Of a stretch of DNA of 64,000 nt, positions 30,801-43,583 are shown one piece after another. The position numbers were made by a program, and so were the translations under genes. The DNA is from Phallusia mammillata. Lineage: Eukaryota. The number at the start of each line of letters is the position of its first letter. Positions within the stretch are counted from its first letter, which is position 1. Under the pieces are notes generated by a model. The model saw only the letters and a program-made list of their open reading frames with translations. It was not told the origin of the DNA and ran no database searches. The stretch is taken from the NCBI GenBank assembly GCA_965637545.1, contig OZ281495.1, positions 22,568,001-22,632,000 of the forward strand, given 5' to 3'.

Positions 30801-33395
30801 TTGCTATCCATGTTTGAGTTTGATTAAATAAAGCAAAGAGCCTTTATACAACGGAAGATAGTGATTGGAAATGATACATAAATAAATGAAAATCTTGAAG
30901 TCAGGCTTTGTTTTGATCGTTCTGGATTTTCTTTTTCCCCGAAATTTGCGCAATGCCGCCGCGGTTTTCTTACTATCCCCGCGCATAAATTATATAAATG
31001 ACTTTCGTTGTCTCCTAAAAACCATCATGACAATACGTTTAATGTCACAGGCAACCACCGACCTTTACGGGCAGTGCACGCTTCGTCATTCTGGTACATC
31101 GGCAGCCGCTCCCGAGGCCGCTGGGGTTTTCGCGTTGGCTTTGGATGCAAACAAAAACCTGACGTGGCGTGACATGCAGGTAAGTTTACCATAAAATTCC
31201 TCGTGGTCACCCTTTAGACGGCCTGGCTAAAAAGCTTGACATTTAAATGTGTTTTTAGCATTTAACCGTTCTTACATCAACACCGAAACAACTGCACGAC
31301 AATTTACACCAGTGGAAGAGAAACGGAGTGGGACTGTTTTTCAACCATTTGTTTGGATTCGGTGTCCTGAATGCCGAGAGAATGGTGAGTCATTGTGGTT
31401 TAGGCTAATTGGCATGACTGATAGGCAATACAGAGGTATTGGGCCTGTTAATTATGTGTGTGTTATTTTCCTGAAAATGTTACGTTGTTTCTGCTCGTTT
31501 TCATCTGTAAAATAATTTGTTCTTTCAAGCTTAAATTATGTAATAAATATTAACCTACAAATATTTCATTGGGAGATGGATCCAACCTTGAACTTGGTGC
31601 ATTTTAGGTAAAAATGGCGTCAACGTGGAAAACCGTACCTGCACGATTTCGCTGCGAGGGAGGTTTAATCGAAACACCGTTCAACATTCCGTCAGATGGC
31701 GCCCTCGAGCTAACCATCGACACTGATGCTTGTGATGGAAAACCCAATCATATTAGATATCTGGAACACGTGCAGGTTGGTCAAACGACTTGCGTTAAGC
31801 AATATTGCAGTTGGCCAGCAAAAAATACCATACGTACAAAATGCGCTAAAATCCTTGAGCAATTCGATTTTGTAATTAAAATAATAGTGAGAACAAGCAA
31901 ATTACATATTCATGCACATTTTTATTAAAGTGGTGTAACTAGAACTATCTTCTAGTGTCGTAAGTTAGGTCAATAGCTTACCCACTTGTATTGGCTTTTT
32001 CACTCACTATTTCGGACTGTGGTCAATGCACTGTAACAACATAATACCGCAGGCTGTTGACAGCCAGTGATGGTACTTCAGGATTTCCAAGCCTAAATCA
32101 AACTCGATTTTTACAGTCAAGTTAGCATCTGCCCTGCTAGCTCAGTCGGTAGAGCGTTGGACTCTTAATCCAACGGTCGTGGGTTCGAGCCCCACGTGGG
32201 GCGCTTTCTTTTTGTTTTTGCCCCAATTTGAACTTGTCGCAAAAAATTGAAACTTTTAATATCCCTGGCATAGGAGCATGCTCGTGTTTTCAAAAAAGTT
32301 GACAAAAATACTAATTTGGTCTCAGCACTATTTAAATTAACATAAAAGTGTGTTTTAATTCCAGCTGCTACGGAACTATTTTGAGCCCACACCTTGAACA
32401 AAATCAATTTAGTATCTGCTTGACAAACGTTTGAATGCTAGAGTTTTGGGCATGTGGCTAAACTCTACCTAAATCATTCCAGGAATATCTATGCACAATT
32501 CCGTTGCATGGGTTTGAATTGAGGCATTCATTCCAACTACAGCAACCGCCCTGCTAGCTCAGTCGGTAGAGCGTTGGACTCTTAATCCAACGGTCGTGGG
32601 TTCGAGCCCCACGTGGGGCGCTTATTTTAGTAAAAAAGTTATGTTTTTGTCTCAGGCGTTTATTACACTTGAATCTTCACGTCGTGGTGACGTCACTATC
32701 AATTTGACGTCACCGATGGGAACGAACTCCATGTTGCTCAATAAACGACCCAACGATGACGACAGCACGCGTGGTTTTAGGAGGTAACTGTGGATCAACT
32801 AACTAAAAATGTTGGTGAAATTGAGGTAGAACAGAGTGACGTAGTAAATACTATAATACTACCTTACTTTTAAGTGAAAAATATTAAAAATAATAATGAT
32901 TTGTGTAGATGGCCATTCATGACAACACACACTTGGGGAGAGGATCCACGTGGAGAATGGAAACTATCAGTTTCTCTCAACTCTGAATATCCTCAAGAAG
33001 GTCAGTCACTAAAAACTATTTACAAGTTTACCGTTATCTGCACGTACTTTGAGTCTAACCTTGATCAAACCTTTTAACATAAGAACAAATTGCTGAGTGA
33101 ATCAGTCTTCGTGAATGTTAAATCTAAAATATTTGGTCGAAACTTAAGTAAAGTACAATGATGGAGTGTTCTCATAAGTTAGATTTATATTTTGATTGCT
33201 CTTACAGGTCGAATAACTCGTTGGGCTCTGCTGTTTCACGGGACTCAGAAGGCACCGTACATCGACGAAATCGTGGATAACCTAAATTCAAAACTGGCAA
33301 TCTCTAAAAAGCTCGAATACGCGGAAGGTATTCTTCACGATTTGGTGGATGAGCAGGGGGACTCGGATACGAACGTTGATCCAAAACGGTCTTGA
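18899..33395 (+). CDS. PCSK2: Prohormone convertase 2 (neuroendocrine convertase 2)
   Basis: Signal-peptide exon 18899-19147, then exons 21568-21672, 21774-21884, 22273-22419, 26330-26406, 29538-29714, 30079-30166, 30560-30775, 31051-31179, 31259-31384, 31608-31775, 32656-32783, 32909-33000 and 33208-33395. The catalytic triad is in [13 protein letters not shown] and GTSAAAP. The PC2-diagnostic Asp oxyanion hole is present (WASGDGG), and the P domain has RRGD. Confidence 0.97.
23099..24825 (-). CDS. Nested antisense gene in PCSK2 intron 4; uncharacterised ~408-aa putative secreted protein
   Basis: Exon 1 is 24825-24531 (ATG with an upstream in-frame stop; donor AACG|GTAAAT, phase 1). Exon 2 is 24030-23099 (acceptor ttttgtgtgtgcAG|, phase 1) and holds a 310-codon open frame. 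The join reads ...RQHKN-E-RMELF.... A hydrophobic segment [13 protein letters not shown] lies near the N-terminus. An AT-rich UTR-like tract follows the stop. Confidence 0.72.
29745..29758. promoter_or_regulatory. RFX X-box-like palindrome in PCSK2 intron 6, with a CRE (TGACGTCA) ~20 bp downstream
   Basis: GTCACCATGGTAAC matches the X-box pattern GTNRCCATGGNAAC. This is a motif match only. Confidence 0.4.
32131..32203 (+). tRNA. tRNA-Lys (CTT), copy 1, intronic in PCSK2
   Basis: Full cloverleaf GCCCTGCTAGCTCAGTCGGTAGAGCGTTGGACTCTTAATCCAACGGTCGTGGGTTCGAGCCCCACGTGGGGCG with A and B boxes, followed by a T-rich terminator. Confidence 0.96.
32548..32620 (+). tRNA. tRNA-Lys (CTT), copy 2, intronic in PCSK2
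   Basis: Identical 73-nt sequence to copy 1; the flanks are unrelated. Confidence 0.96.
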
Positions 33396-33979
33396 TAATT
33401 TTTAATCATTCCATGTCCAATTTAGCTAGATATTAAAAATTGCCGACTGCTGTCTATAATTGTCATATCCATTCAGCGTTGTATAAATTTCATCCGTGTT
33501 CTTGCACATTTTTCTTCCGTGTGGGACGTCTGCTGCTGACATTTTGACTGTTTTATTCGACTTTAATTGAAATTATTAATATCAATGTAGATTTTGACTT
33601 CCAAACTTTAACTAATTTTTACAAATGTTTACTACTAATTTTTACCGATATGAATTTCGGCTCGGCATTAGTTAAATACTGTTTTGTTTTCTACCGTGCA
33701 ATGTCTCGTTGTGTTTTGTTTGTGATTTCCATTTCTAATTTATGATATTTTCATTTGGAATTTGTGATTACTATTCAGAGATTAATTACATCGTGCATCA
33801 GATTCTCAGGTGTGTTATATCTTGAAAATCAAGTATATTACTGGCTACAAGTTGAATGCATTCGACAATTTCCAAATTTTCTAGACCAATATTTATTCCT
33901 TTGAGTACAAAATAGACAAAAACTCCATCAAATAGTAGAAAATGCATAACAAATCAAATTTACATCAAACATCTAAAAC

Positions 33980-36900
33980 TCAGTCAACCTGGGGGTTCTG
34001 CTCAAAAAGAAATTCCGCCTGAAAATTAAAAAAAGTAAATGAGGTGCGGTGCAAAGTGCAAGCATGGGTGCTCAGTTCAGCGAAGGAACAAAATTCACTG
34101 TCATGAAAAACGCGATGTTTGGTACCAAGTACTGCACACCTATTTCAATCATGCTTAGTACAAGGTCAACAAAGTCCTTGGACATTACAGACAAATACAA
34201 TTGGTTTCAAATAAAATGGACGCCGGATATTGTCGGGTAACTGTGTGGATAATTTTTGACAATTCTATGGCCAAAGTAAGTAAAGTTTCTCCCAAAAAAT
34301 CGTATAAAAGTGGATACGTGTTCTTCATTTATTTCCAATCCCTTACTGCAAACTTACAGAACAAAAACCCCAATCCTTACCAGATAGTCGACAGGATCGT
34401 CGGGCCGAACTTGACAGCACTGAATAAGCCCCTGGGTGAGGGTTGGCATCACGTGCTTCATGAGATAATTTCTCAGAGGGATCGATTGTAGTTCGAGAAC
34501 CTCGCGCTCCTGCCTTCTCACTTCCTCCAATCGCTCCAACTGCAAAAGTTAAGAAAAATGTGCTGGATTCATCTTCTATCGTAGCATGTAAAGATAAGAC
34601 AAACGCAAACCCTAGCCTACACTTTTGGGTGTTGTTGACAGACGCAGATTTCGAAGTTTTTGGCTAAGTGGCTTTAATTCAGCTACATTCGACTTTAGCA
34701 GCATTAAAATCTTAAGGTATATACGACATATACTGGTATAACTATACTTGGTGAGGTTATGGTTGAGTTAAGTTGAGTTTATTTTGCTTGGTGAAAGAAA
34801 ACGACACAATAGCATTAAAAAAATCACCAAGCCGGAAATAGCTGCGCAACGTTAAAACGTTGATGGAGCGCAATACAGTGAAGAGCACAAATGGTGGATA
34901 ATGGCTGAACGCGCTTCAGCCACATCGTTCACCGTGGTTAGCAAGTGATCACATTTTCTGTTTATTTTTTTGGTTGGTTAACTAGTGGAATACATTAACA
35001 ATACTTGATGTACAATCACACCATGGAAAGAGTTTGATTTTAATAAAATACTCAGTGCAAAAAAAAGTAGAAGCAACTTTACCCATTCCTCTTGTCGTTG
35101 TTTCATAATAGCAGCTTCCTCTGCTTCGTTTCGCTCCCGTATTGCTCTTTCGTCCGCCTCTTTACGCAACCTTGCCTCCGCTGCGGCTCTTTCCATTTCC
35201 TCTTTCTCCTCCGGAGTTGGTCCATAATTACGTGGTTCTCCTAACATTCCTGCTATCTTTTCGATCGTGGCCTCGTATTTCGGATCGGCGTTTTCACTCA
35301 CATCTGAGCAACAGCGGTGTTAACTTTTTCACTGTTTATCATTTGGTTTTTAACTTTCAAGTGTACTCCATGTTCCATCCGTATTTTTTTAGATTTTAAA
35401 CAAAAAGTCGATTTACTATTTGAAAGAAAACTCGGATGTAAAATTTTGTATTCCTTTTTCAGATGAATCCCCGTTTCCAACAAACCAAAAAAATGTATTT
35501 TTTTAAATTCCCTTCTGTAACAAACAAACTTTATTTCTGTAATACCGATGTGTTCAGGATGAATCTCCAATTCATCGAAATAGTTCAAAACTGTTTCATC
35601 TTCATGATTTATTGATCTGTGTTCTTGTAGTCTGCGAAGGAATCCCTCTTCGGTATTGTGGGTACCCTGTGTAAAAGTAGTGATGATGTATTGCACAAAT
35701 GATTGCACAAACCAAAACGTGTTTAAGGTTATAAGCTTTTGTGTGTTTCACCTGAACAACTTCTTCAGGCAAATTCATGATGCGATCTTTAAGAAAGTCA
35801 TCAGGAGCGTCAAGAGCCACAACTATCTCGGGCATTATTGCTGCATCATAATTTACTTTTGATGACTCATCTTCTTCTTCATCCTCCACTAAACACAAAA
35901 TAATATTGATCTTAGTGGTCCAGTGTGACAAAATTGTACTCCAGTAAAGTTTGGTTAATGCGGACCCATTTTGACTAATAAAATTGCCAGGATTAAGTGA
36001 AGATTCGTTTTTTCCGATGTCGACTATTTCAAGCCGTAGTAGATTACAAATCATTTGTACCTCATGTTTTGTCTGAATTAGGCAAAGTTTCGGATTAAAC
36101 GAATGCGATGTACCCAAGGTTTACTGTATATATGTGCTGATAAAAATATGTAACTTTTACGCCTCAACAAACAATGTATTAATAAGCTAATAGACACTGC
36201 CTGTTCTATGCAGTAAACCCACAAATATACATCATCTTACACTTAATAGCATCAAGTGGGTGCAATTTGTTAAATGTTTGTAAACATTTGCACAGTTTAA
36301 CACATTTTAACACTTACATGCAAAAAGATCTTTGGCATGTTCATACGTTTTAGGGAATCCATCAAGCACAAACCCCTGATTTTGGCAGGGCATGGACTTT
36401 AGCTTCTCTCTGAAGAACTTAATGACATACTGATCTTCAATCCTTCCACCATTGGACTCCTTGCTTTCTTTGATCTGCTCCAGAAGCTCTGCATCCTCTT
36501 GAGCTTTCCCATCATCTTCCTCTTCTTCTTCACCAGTTGCACTTCCAGTCTACAGAAATTTGAAAAATTATTCATTTGCTTTATTTATCTACTTCCATTT
36601 GGTGAAAAAATGGTGTTTGAACGACCTCTGCACCTTTTACTTGAGACGGTTTATGCAACAATATAAATTGTAACAGTCACACCTTTGGACTTCTCATGCA
36701 ATAACAGCAACTGCTTCAGTGTGTAAAAAATTATACATACTCTGAAAACATATTTAATGTTTCCAATTGTAAATAGTAACATAACCTACAAAAGATGTCT
36801 AAGCCAAAAAATTAGTAATAATTTTAATCGAACCTGTTCAAGACGGGCAGCACTTTGCTCCAGTTTTGCCAGTGTATCGTCAATTACATCCTTGACTGTT

Positions 36901-39900
36901 ATGTGATGAAGTTTATATTTCTTACACAGAAGGTCAGCCACTGTGCTCTTTCCTGATGCAGGTGGACCCAAAATACAAGCTCGCATTGGCTAAAAACAAA
37001 TAAGTTATTTTTGCCAGTAGGCTCTTGGATATACATAAACATATCTGTTAGTGAGATTTGTGCATTGTTTACCAAAAGGCCTCTAGTTTGTTTGTATTCC
37101 TTGATAATGGAGTCGATAGCATCAACCATTCCAGTTTCTGCAACCCATCGGACACTCATCGATTCTTTTACAAACATTGCTTCCATGCGAAGATTCACCA
37201 ACAACGAGTCAAATTCATTTTGCTGAAATGTTTGTGCATTGGAAAAGGCAAACGTTTTTGCATATTGCTATTTTCAGCAACCCAAACTACCCTAACCTTT
37301 AAGTCTTTGATGAGCAAAGCGTCCTCTTTTGAAATATGTTCCACTTTTCCACCACCACCTTTACTACTTACAACCTAGTTAAATATAAAACAATGATCAA
37401 TAAATTGGTAACTTACAAAACAATAATGCAGATGGTAATAAAACACAAACACTGTTTTTCACACATTGGTTGCAGTCAAGACCAATTATATAGAAGTTTA
37501 GCTAAATGATGTTGTAATTTGATTCAATAATGTTTTGCACATCACTACAAAAGGCAACTGTACACATAGATGCAACAAGTATCTTATATATAATTGAAGA
37601 AAAACTGTAATACAATATGACTTTCAACACAAATGGTTGGTAAAATGCACAGAAACAAAAATTTCTAGTTAGTACTATAAAAACAAGGTGTTAGTTTTAT
37701 TTCTATAAAAAAAGAAGTTTCACTGCACAACACTGTACTTGTCTCATATAATCATAATCCTCTTTGGCAATTTTACGAACTCTGCCTGTGCCGAGGTAGT
37801 AGCTGATGCACTGCAGGGAATTGAAATTTTACTGTTTTTGTATCAAACTCATGCCTTATTAGACATAGGTTTACAACAATGACTGTGTACAAGTAGAGTT
37901 ATTTTTAACATGCTATTTTATACATACCCTGACAATTTCTTCCAGGGAGTTTTGTGAGTCATCAACAGCCACCAGGTATCGTGTTTTCGGCTTGGAATCA
38001 CAAACATTCTGGATAACACTGGAAAGATGTATATGAGAATTATAGCAAAGCGATATAACAATCAATCACAGGGGTAGTTTGCAAAGGTTTCCACAAACAC
38101 TGTAAATAATAGAACATATAAATCTCTATTAACAATTGCAAGATATGATACCTGGCCAAGTCTTTGATATGAATTGTTGGAACTATGTTGGTTCCAGTGC
38201 CAAAGCATTGGAGGGCAGATGCTTCCCCAAGCCAAGCAGTCTATCAAACAAAGAGAATATGTCTTAACACTGTGCACAGTTGGATCTCTAGCACAACATG
38301 CAGCAGCTTTTACCTTGAACAGAAAGTGGAAAATGTTTTCTCCGAGTCCATATGTAAGACCTGATGCAATGACATAGGTTTGGAATTTTTGTTTGTTCTG
38401 AAAAACATACAGAATGTATTGTTCATTCTTATACAACACAAGGGCAGTTTAGGACTCCAGCGTACCGTTTTACCAAACTTTATCACCATCTTTTCTGCAC
38501 TAATGTGTTCTTTAAAGTTGGGATGAGGCTTTCTTCTTCTGTAGTCATCCTCAGTAAATGGGATTTCGGGGTCATCCTAAACAAAACAGTGTCATAAACT
38601 TTAAAATTTTAATTTAGTACAAAAACTGACAATACCGGGTCAAGGGGTTTGCTTTTGGCCCAAGTAAGCACTGTAGATAGTAGAATAAACATTTTGGGAG
38701 AGTCAAAATGTTCGATTTCAGTGTGAAGAGAAGAAACAGACCACACAGACTCATCAATTGAATCTGCATCTTCAGTGATATTGTAGATGATTATATCACA
38801 CTCCAACAACTTCTCCAACAGTTCCTCTCTTGTTTTAAACTGTAACAAATTATTGACAAAGTTTAAGACTTAATATATTCTGAGCAAAATATCCAGTATC
38901 TCACTATATAATGTCATGTATTTATAAGAAAACATGCTGGAAGAGTAATACCTGTTTATACTCAGTGTATAACAATATGACATTTAGAAACTTACCAATT
39001 GACTTCAATTAAATCAAACCAATTGAAATGGTGTATCTTGTGTACAACTAAACAGGCAATCGCACAGAAAAATATAGTTGTGAATTCAAGCACTTAAGTG
39101 ATGAATAAACTTTATTTTTTGTTGAATTCTTATAATCGTTGATTTTCATTTTTTGATTCATAGTGTTATGGTGGTGGTGGTGTTAAAAAAATAACAAACA
39201 TACGTTGACAATCTCTGTAACAAATTCTGGTGGCTTTGCATTAGGATCTTTCAGTGTTCCAATAACTCGATAAGCTCCTTCCTTGTGGGATGCTGCACTG
39301 TGCACAGATCCCGTTTCACCTTCCTCCTCCTCTTCATTGTCCTCCAGTGAGGATCCAACAATGCATTGTGACAAATACTAAAAGTAAAAATGTAGAAACA
39401 TTTACTGCCATAGACTTTTTGGGAGAGAAGTTGCCATACAAAAATTGAGTCCTATTTGGCTGTAAGATTTCATACCTGTTTGGTCAGTAAAAATACTGTA
39501 AAGGTAAAATAAAAAATGTACTAACCACCCTTTAAATGATGCAGTATCTGTTTATTTGTGCGACGAAATTTTTGTTACATTCTACAAAGGCTTGCCATCT
39601 TAGAGTCTGGATAGATTTATTTTTGTTTTTAAAGAAAATTAAAACAACATAAATTTAACAAAAGTAGTAGTAAGAAACAAGTGGGATAAGCCAACGCTAA
39701 AAAACACGAACTATGGAAGATCAGTTAGATGTTAAATGTGCAGCTGCTAACTTGATCAAAACCATATGTCTATAAACGAAGTAAGAGAAGAGAAAAGAAA
39801 TACCTGTCCTAGGTTTTTTCCAGTGAACAAATCAACATTGTTAATAAATATGCGTTTGCTACGAAGCTTTTGTACGGGTTCTTCTTCTTCTTCGATATCA

Positions 39901-39905
39901 GACAT
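33980..39905 (-). CDS. AK7: Adenylate kinase 7 (ciliary; NAD-binding-like N-terminus, AK domain, C-terminal Dpy-30 motif)
   Basis: The first exon 39905-39804 reads [25 protein letters not shown]. Later exons encode [13 protein letters not shown]...[33 protein letters not shown] and the P-loop [11 protein letters not shown]. The Dpy-30 motif [33 protein letters not shown]|[12 protein letters not shown] ends in the last exon 34018-33980. Confidence 0.96.
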
Positions 39906-40007
39906 GATGCAATTTGTACAAATTCCCTTATACTACTTTAGCGCTTCTGTAATCAGTTTCACAAACCAGCCAGTAAAATAAACGAATAAAATCATTGTAG
40001 CATGACC

Positions 40008-40021
40008 GTTGTCACGGAGAT
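40008..40021. promoter_or_regulatory. X-box (RFX) motif in the AK7 promoter
   Basis: GTTGTCACGGAGAT lies ~100 bp upstream of the AK7 ATG, the typical position for ciliary genes. Confidence 0.55.
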
Positions 40022-40435
40022 AATTATCGCCACTAGATGACAGCAATTAGCAAACTTTTAAAGTGGGAAGGTGAAGTGACGTATTCAAGACAACGATGCC
40101 AACATTACATGAAAGTGTTTTACAAATATAGATTATGGGGCTCAGATAATACGCTTTTGCACCAGACAGTTCTTCTAATCAAAACTATTCAATGAAATAA
40201 TGACGTAATAACTAATAAGTCGTGCTGTATTTCACCAATTTTTGGCATCAGAATCCATGACAAATAATTATTTTTTTTTCGTTTTTTTGGTATATCACGA
40301 ACATCAGGCGCAGCAAGGGACTTCGATACACGTTTTAAAGTGTTTTGGTAACCCAAGTAACAGACAGGTATGAACAGTTAACATCACTTCGATCATAGCA
40401 GTTTTGTTCAAGTTATTACGAAATTCGAATAGGTT

Positions 40436-42121
40436 ATGAGCGAAAACAACATTTGTGTTTTGTTGTTGGGTAAGTAGAATTGAGGTGATTGTTGATAACA
40501 GAACTTTGAATCTTTCATTTTTGTCTACAGTAGCTGCATTTATTCAAACTGCAATAGCCGATTGCAGAAACACAACTACAAGATATGGTGATTTCTATCA
40601 TTCGGTATATTCACCGAATGCAAACGAGTTCAACGTTTGCCGAATGACATTTTTTCCACCTAAAGGACAACACAATGTTGCACTTATGTTAAAAATAATT
40701 CATGTTTCTTACGCTAATGGTTCATCTGAAGCAATCTTGGGCCCTGATGGTACGTATTTGTCTTTTCAACATTAACGCACAACGACAACGTAAAACTTAA
40801 CATGGGAAATGTGTAAATAGTATTTTAAACATGAAATTTGGTAAATGAAGTCAACCGAATAACAATGTTGTTTCTAAATCGCATTCGTTGCATTTGAAAT
40901 TAAAACAAAAGCATAACAACTTGTAAATAAACACCCTATTAACTAAATTAAGCCTAAAATTGACCATATTCTATCTCTTGTGCGTATAGGTCATATAATT
41001 CCATATATGAAAAGAAACTTCTTTGGGGCAAAGTTTCCTGCTTGGTGCGGGGTATACATAAATGACCCCACTACCCAATCAAGCTGCGCTCCGGATACAA
41101 TTTTGACAGATTCATGTTCAACGCTGTCCACAATGAGCAGCCAGTGGCCTCCAACGTTACAAATATACTCGATGAATCAACTGCAACTTCTAATGACATA
41201 CTCGTATATTAATTGTCCAGTGGCATCGGATGAACCAGGTTCATAATTTTTTCGGATCGTTAAAGTTTTTTGTGTGGTTTACTTTACTTACAATGTTTCT
41301 TTTTTTAGTAACACCTGTTTTTACCGGGTCGACGGTTTCAAACGCGCCAGCTACGAAGATTCCTAGTTCCGCAAACAAGGATTTTGCGTTGAATAAGCTG
41401 TCTATAATGCTTTTAGCTCTGCTTTTAATAACCGCGATTGGATTTGTCATCTTCATGGCAGTTTCTTTTAACCGAAGAAGCCGATTAAGGGTAAGTGTTG
41501 TGGTACGATCCAATATTGTACAAAATATATTAACAAAGGTGTGACTGTCGCCCTACATTAGTAATTTGTAATGTGGCAATTGAGTGAAATGTTATTCAAT
41601 TTGATTAAGACAATTGCAAATCAGCCATATTCTAAAATGTTTTTCATGCGTAACAATGTAAGTATATCTACAAACCTAGACCTTTTTTGGCACAATTTTT
41701 TTTTCAAATAAACACGGTGTTATGTTCATATAATTTATTTCGTATTTCCTGGTAATTTGTAATGGCCATTAAAAATTTGATGTCGATTTTGCATCCGCTT
41801 TGTTAAGGACTTTTACAACAGTCGTGACAAACGACTTTAACGATTCTTTACCAAATGCGATTTTGACGCCACTTTGATGGATGATTTTACTATTTGTGAT
41901 CAGTCCTTTGAATGTGTTTTCAGAAACCAGTCATTTATACACCACCCATGCGACGGGCCAAAGCAAGGGCAGCCAACAAGCGTGGTCGACTCAACTCAAA
42001 TTCCAACGAACTCGTAAGCAGCACATCTTTCTCATTTGCGGCACATAGCCGAAGTGAGACTCTGCCACAAGTGGTGGAAAATCAGCTTTACCTGTCGATG
42101 GACCCAGGATTAAAACAATAG
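40436..42121 (+). CDS. Orphan type I single-pass membrane protein (~293 aa) with a divergent CUB-like ectodomain
   Basis: Exons 40436-40469, 40531-40749, 40990-41238, 41309-41490 and 41924-42121 sum to 882 nt in phase. It has a signal peptide (MSENNICVLLLVAAFIQTAIA), a six-Cys ectodomain with CUB-like SPN...CRMTFFPPKG..VALML, and an S/T stalk. The TM segment is LSIMLLALLLITAIGFVIFMAVSF, followed by the stop-transfer sequence RRSRLRK. Confidence 0.8.
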
Positions 42122-43583
42122 ATTTTGACGAGACAACTGTTTTAACAAATGGAGGATGATGAGCCACGAGTTGGTGGCATTGTTGAAGTGGATATTTCCT
42201 TATTTCCGTGTTTTTGCTTTTGGCAGCGCAGATTTCAATAAACTGTACGTATGTTGTGACGTTGCTTTATTTTGGTGCAACTGCTTACAATGAGCACGCC
42301 TAATTTGCACAAAAGACTTTGTTTTGGAATTCATCCATAGTGATGCGTATTTTGCGCTGGCACCGTCACTGTGTCTGCCACGTGAGACAGACTCGCAATA
42401 TCGAGCGGAGAACGCACAATGACATCAGGGTTGCTTCATCTTGTTTGTGCGCGTTCAGAGAAGTCTTGTGAAAACCTGGATTTTGTACTTACGTAATCGT
42501 CTAATGCTGAGCTCCCAAAAGGGTTGATGCTTTTTGATTTGGATGAGTATTTTTAAAGACGGAAACTGGTCCTGAGGCTAAAGGATAAAATAATGTATTG
42601 ATAACACAGTAAAATTTTGAGCCATTTTAAAATTCGAATTTATTGAGAGTACAGCGCGTTAAGAAATCACACAGTTTTATGCCAAAACGTAACACACAGA
42701 AACGCTTTTAAACGAAAGTGCAAATAGGACTTGATTGGAATGATCTAAAATTCAATGTGACAAATATTTTTAAATAAGTCAGTTGCTGTACTCAAAAAAC
42801 GGGCAAAACTTATATTTTTGTTGTTGTTCAAGGGTGCAGCCGCAGAATTTTGGCAACTTGTTACCAAAACAATGTGTTTTTTTACTCAACCAGGTAAATC
42901 CGCTACAGTTTTTAAAACAACGAAACAACAGTTACAGCAGCGCAGGGGAAATACACAAAAAACATACACAGTGATTAAGCAAACCTGAGAAAATGTCCAA
43001 CTGTCCGCGAACGGGCACGATTTAACCAATTGTGTTCCCGGAAGTTTGAATAAGCTGTCGAAATAAAGCTAAATGTGCAAATTCGCAAAACAACGTGACA
43101 ACACGATTGGTTTACCAAATTATCAAAATAGTCGGCTCCTAACATGCACCGGGAGGTGTCTGGAAAAAGACCTCAAAACAAATAACTACCCAACATGCGC
43201 TCTGTGTCATTATTAAAGTGTTAAGATCAAAGAAAGGTAAATGGTGAGCCTAAAGATAATACAAATCGTAAACGCCTCCACTTGGTTGAACATTTTGGCA
43301 AAAAAATACATATTCCATGAACCACAATCCAAATCCTTTTCATTTGGGAAATGTCAAACAAACAAGACTAAAACATACTTGTCTGGTGTTTGTGAAAAAT
43401 ATAACACACCAAAAAAACAAGATTCACAACCAACAGAAAATAAATTTCACGCCCAATGCACCACTCAAAAACTAAATTCAAGAAAGGCAAAACAATAATA
43501 TGAAAAGGTAAATAGCAACACGACATCGATTTTGAACTAAATGAAAAAGTGAACAAAAAATAAGCACGATTATTGCGCAGCCA

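Noticed and set aside
42831-42892. Possible isolated plus-strand exon (AG...CAG|GTAAAT)
   Set aside because: It has no partner exons and lies between converging 3' ends. It is likely a chance match.
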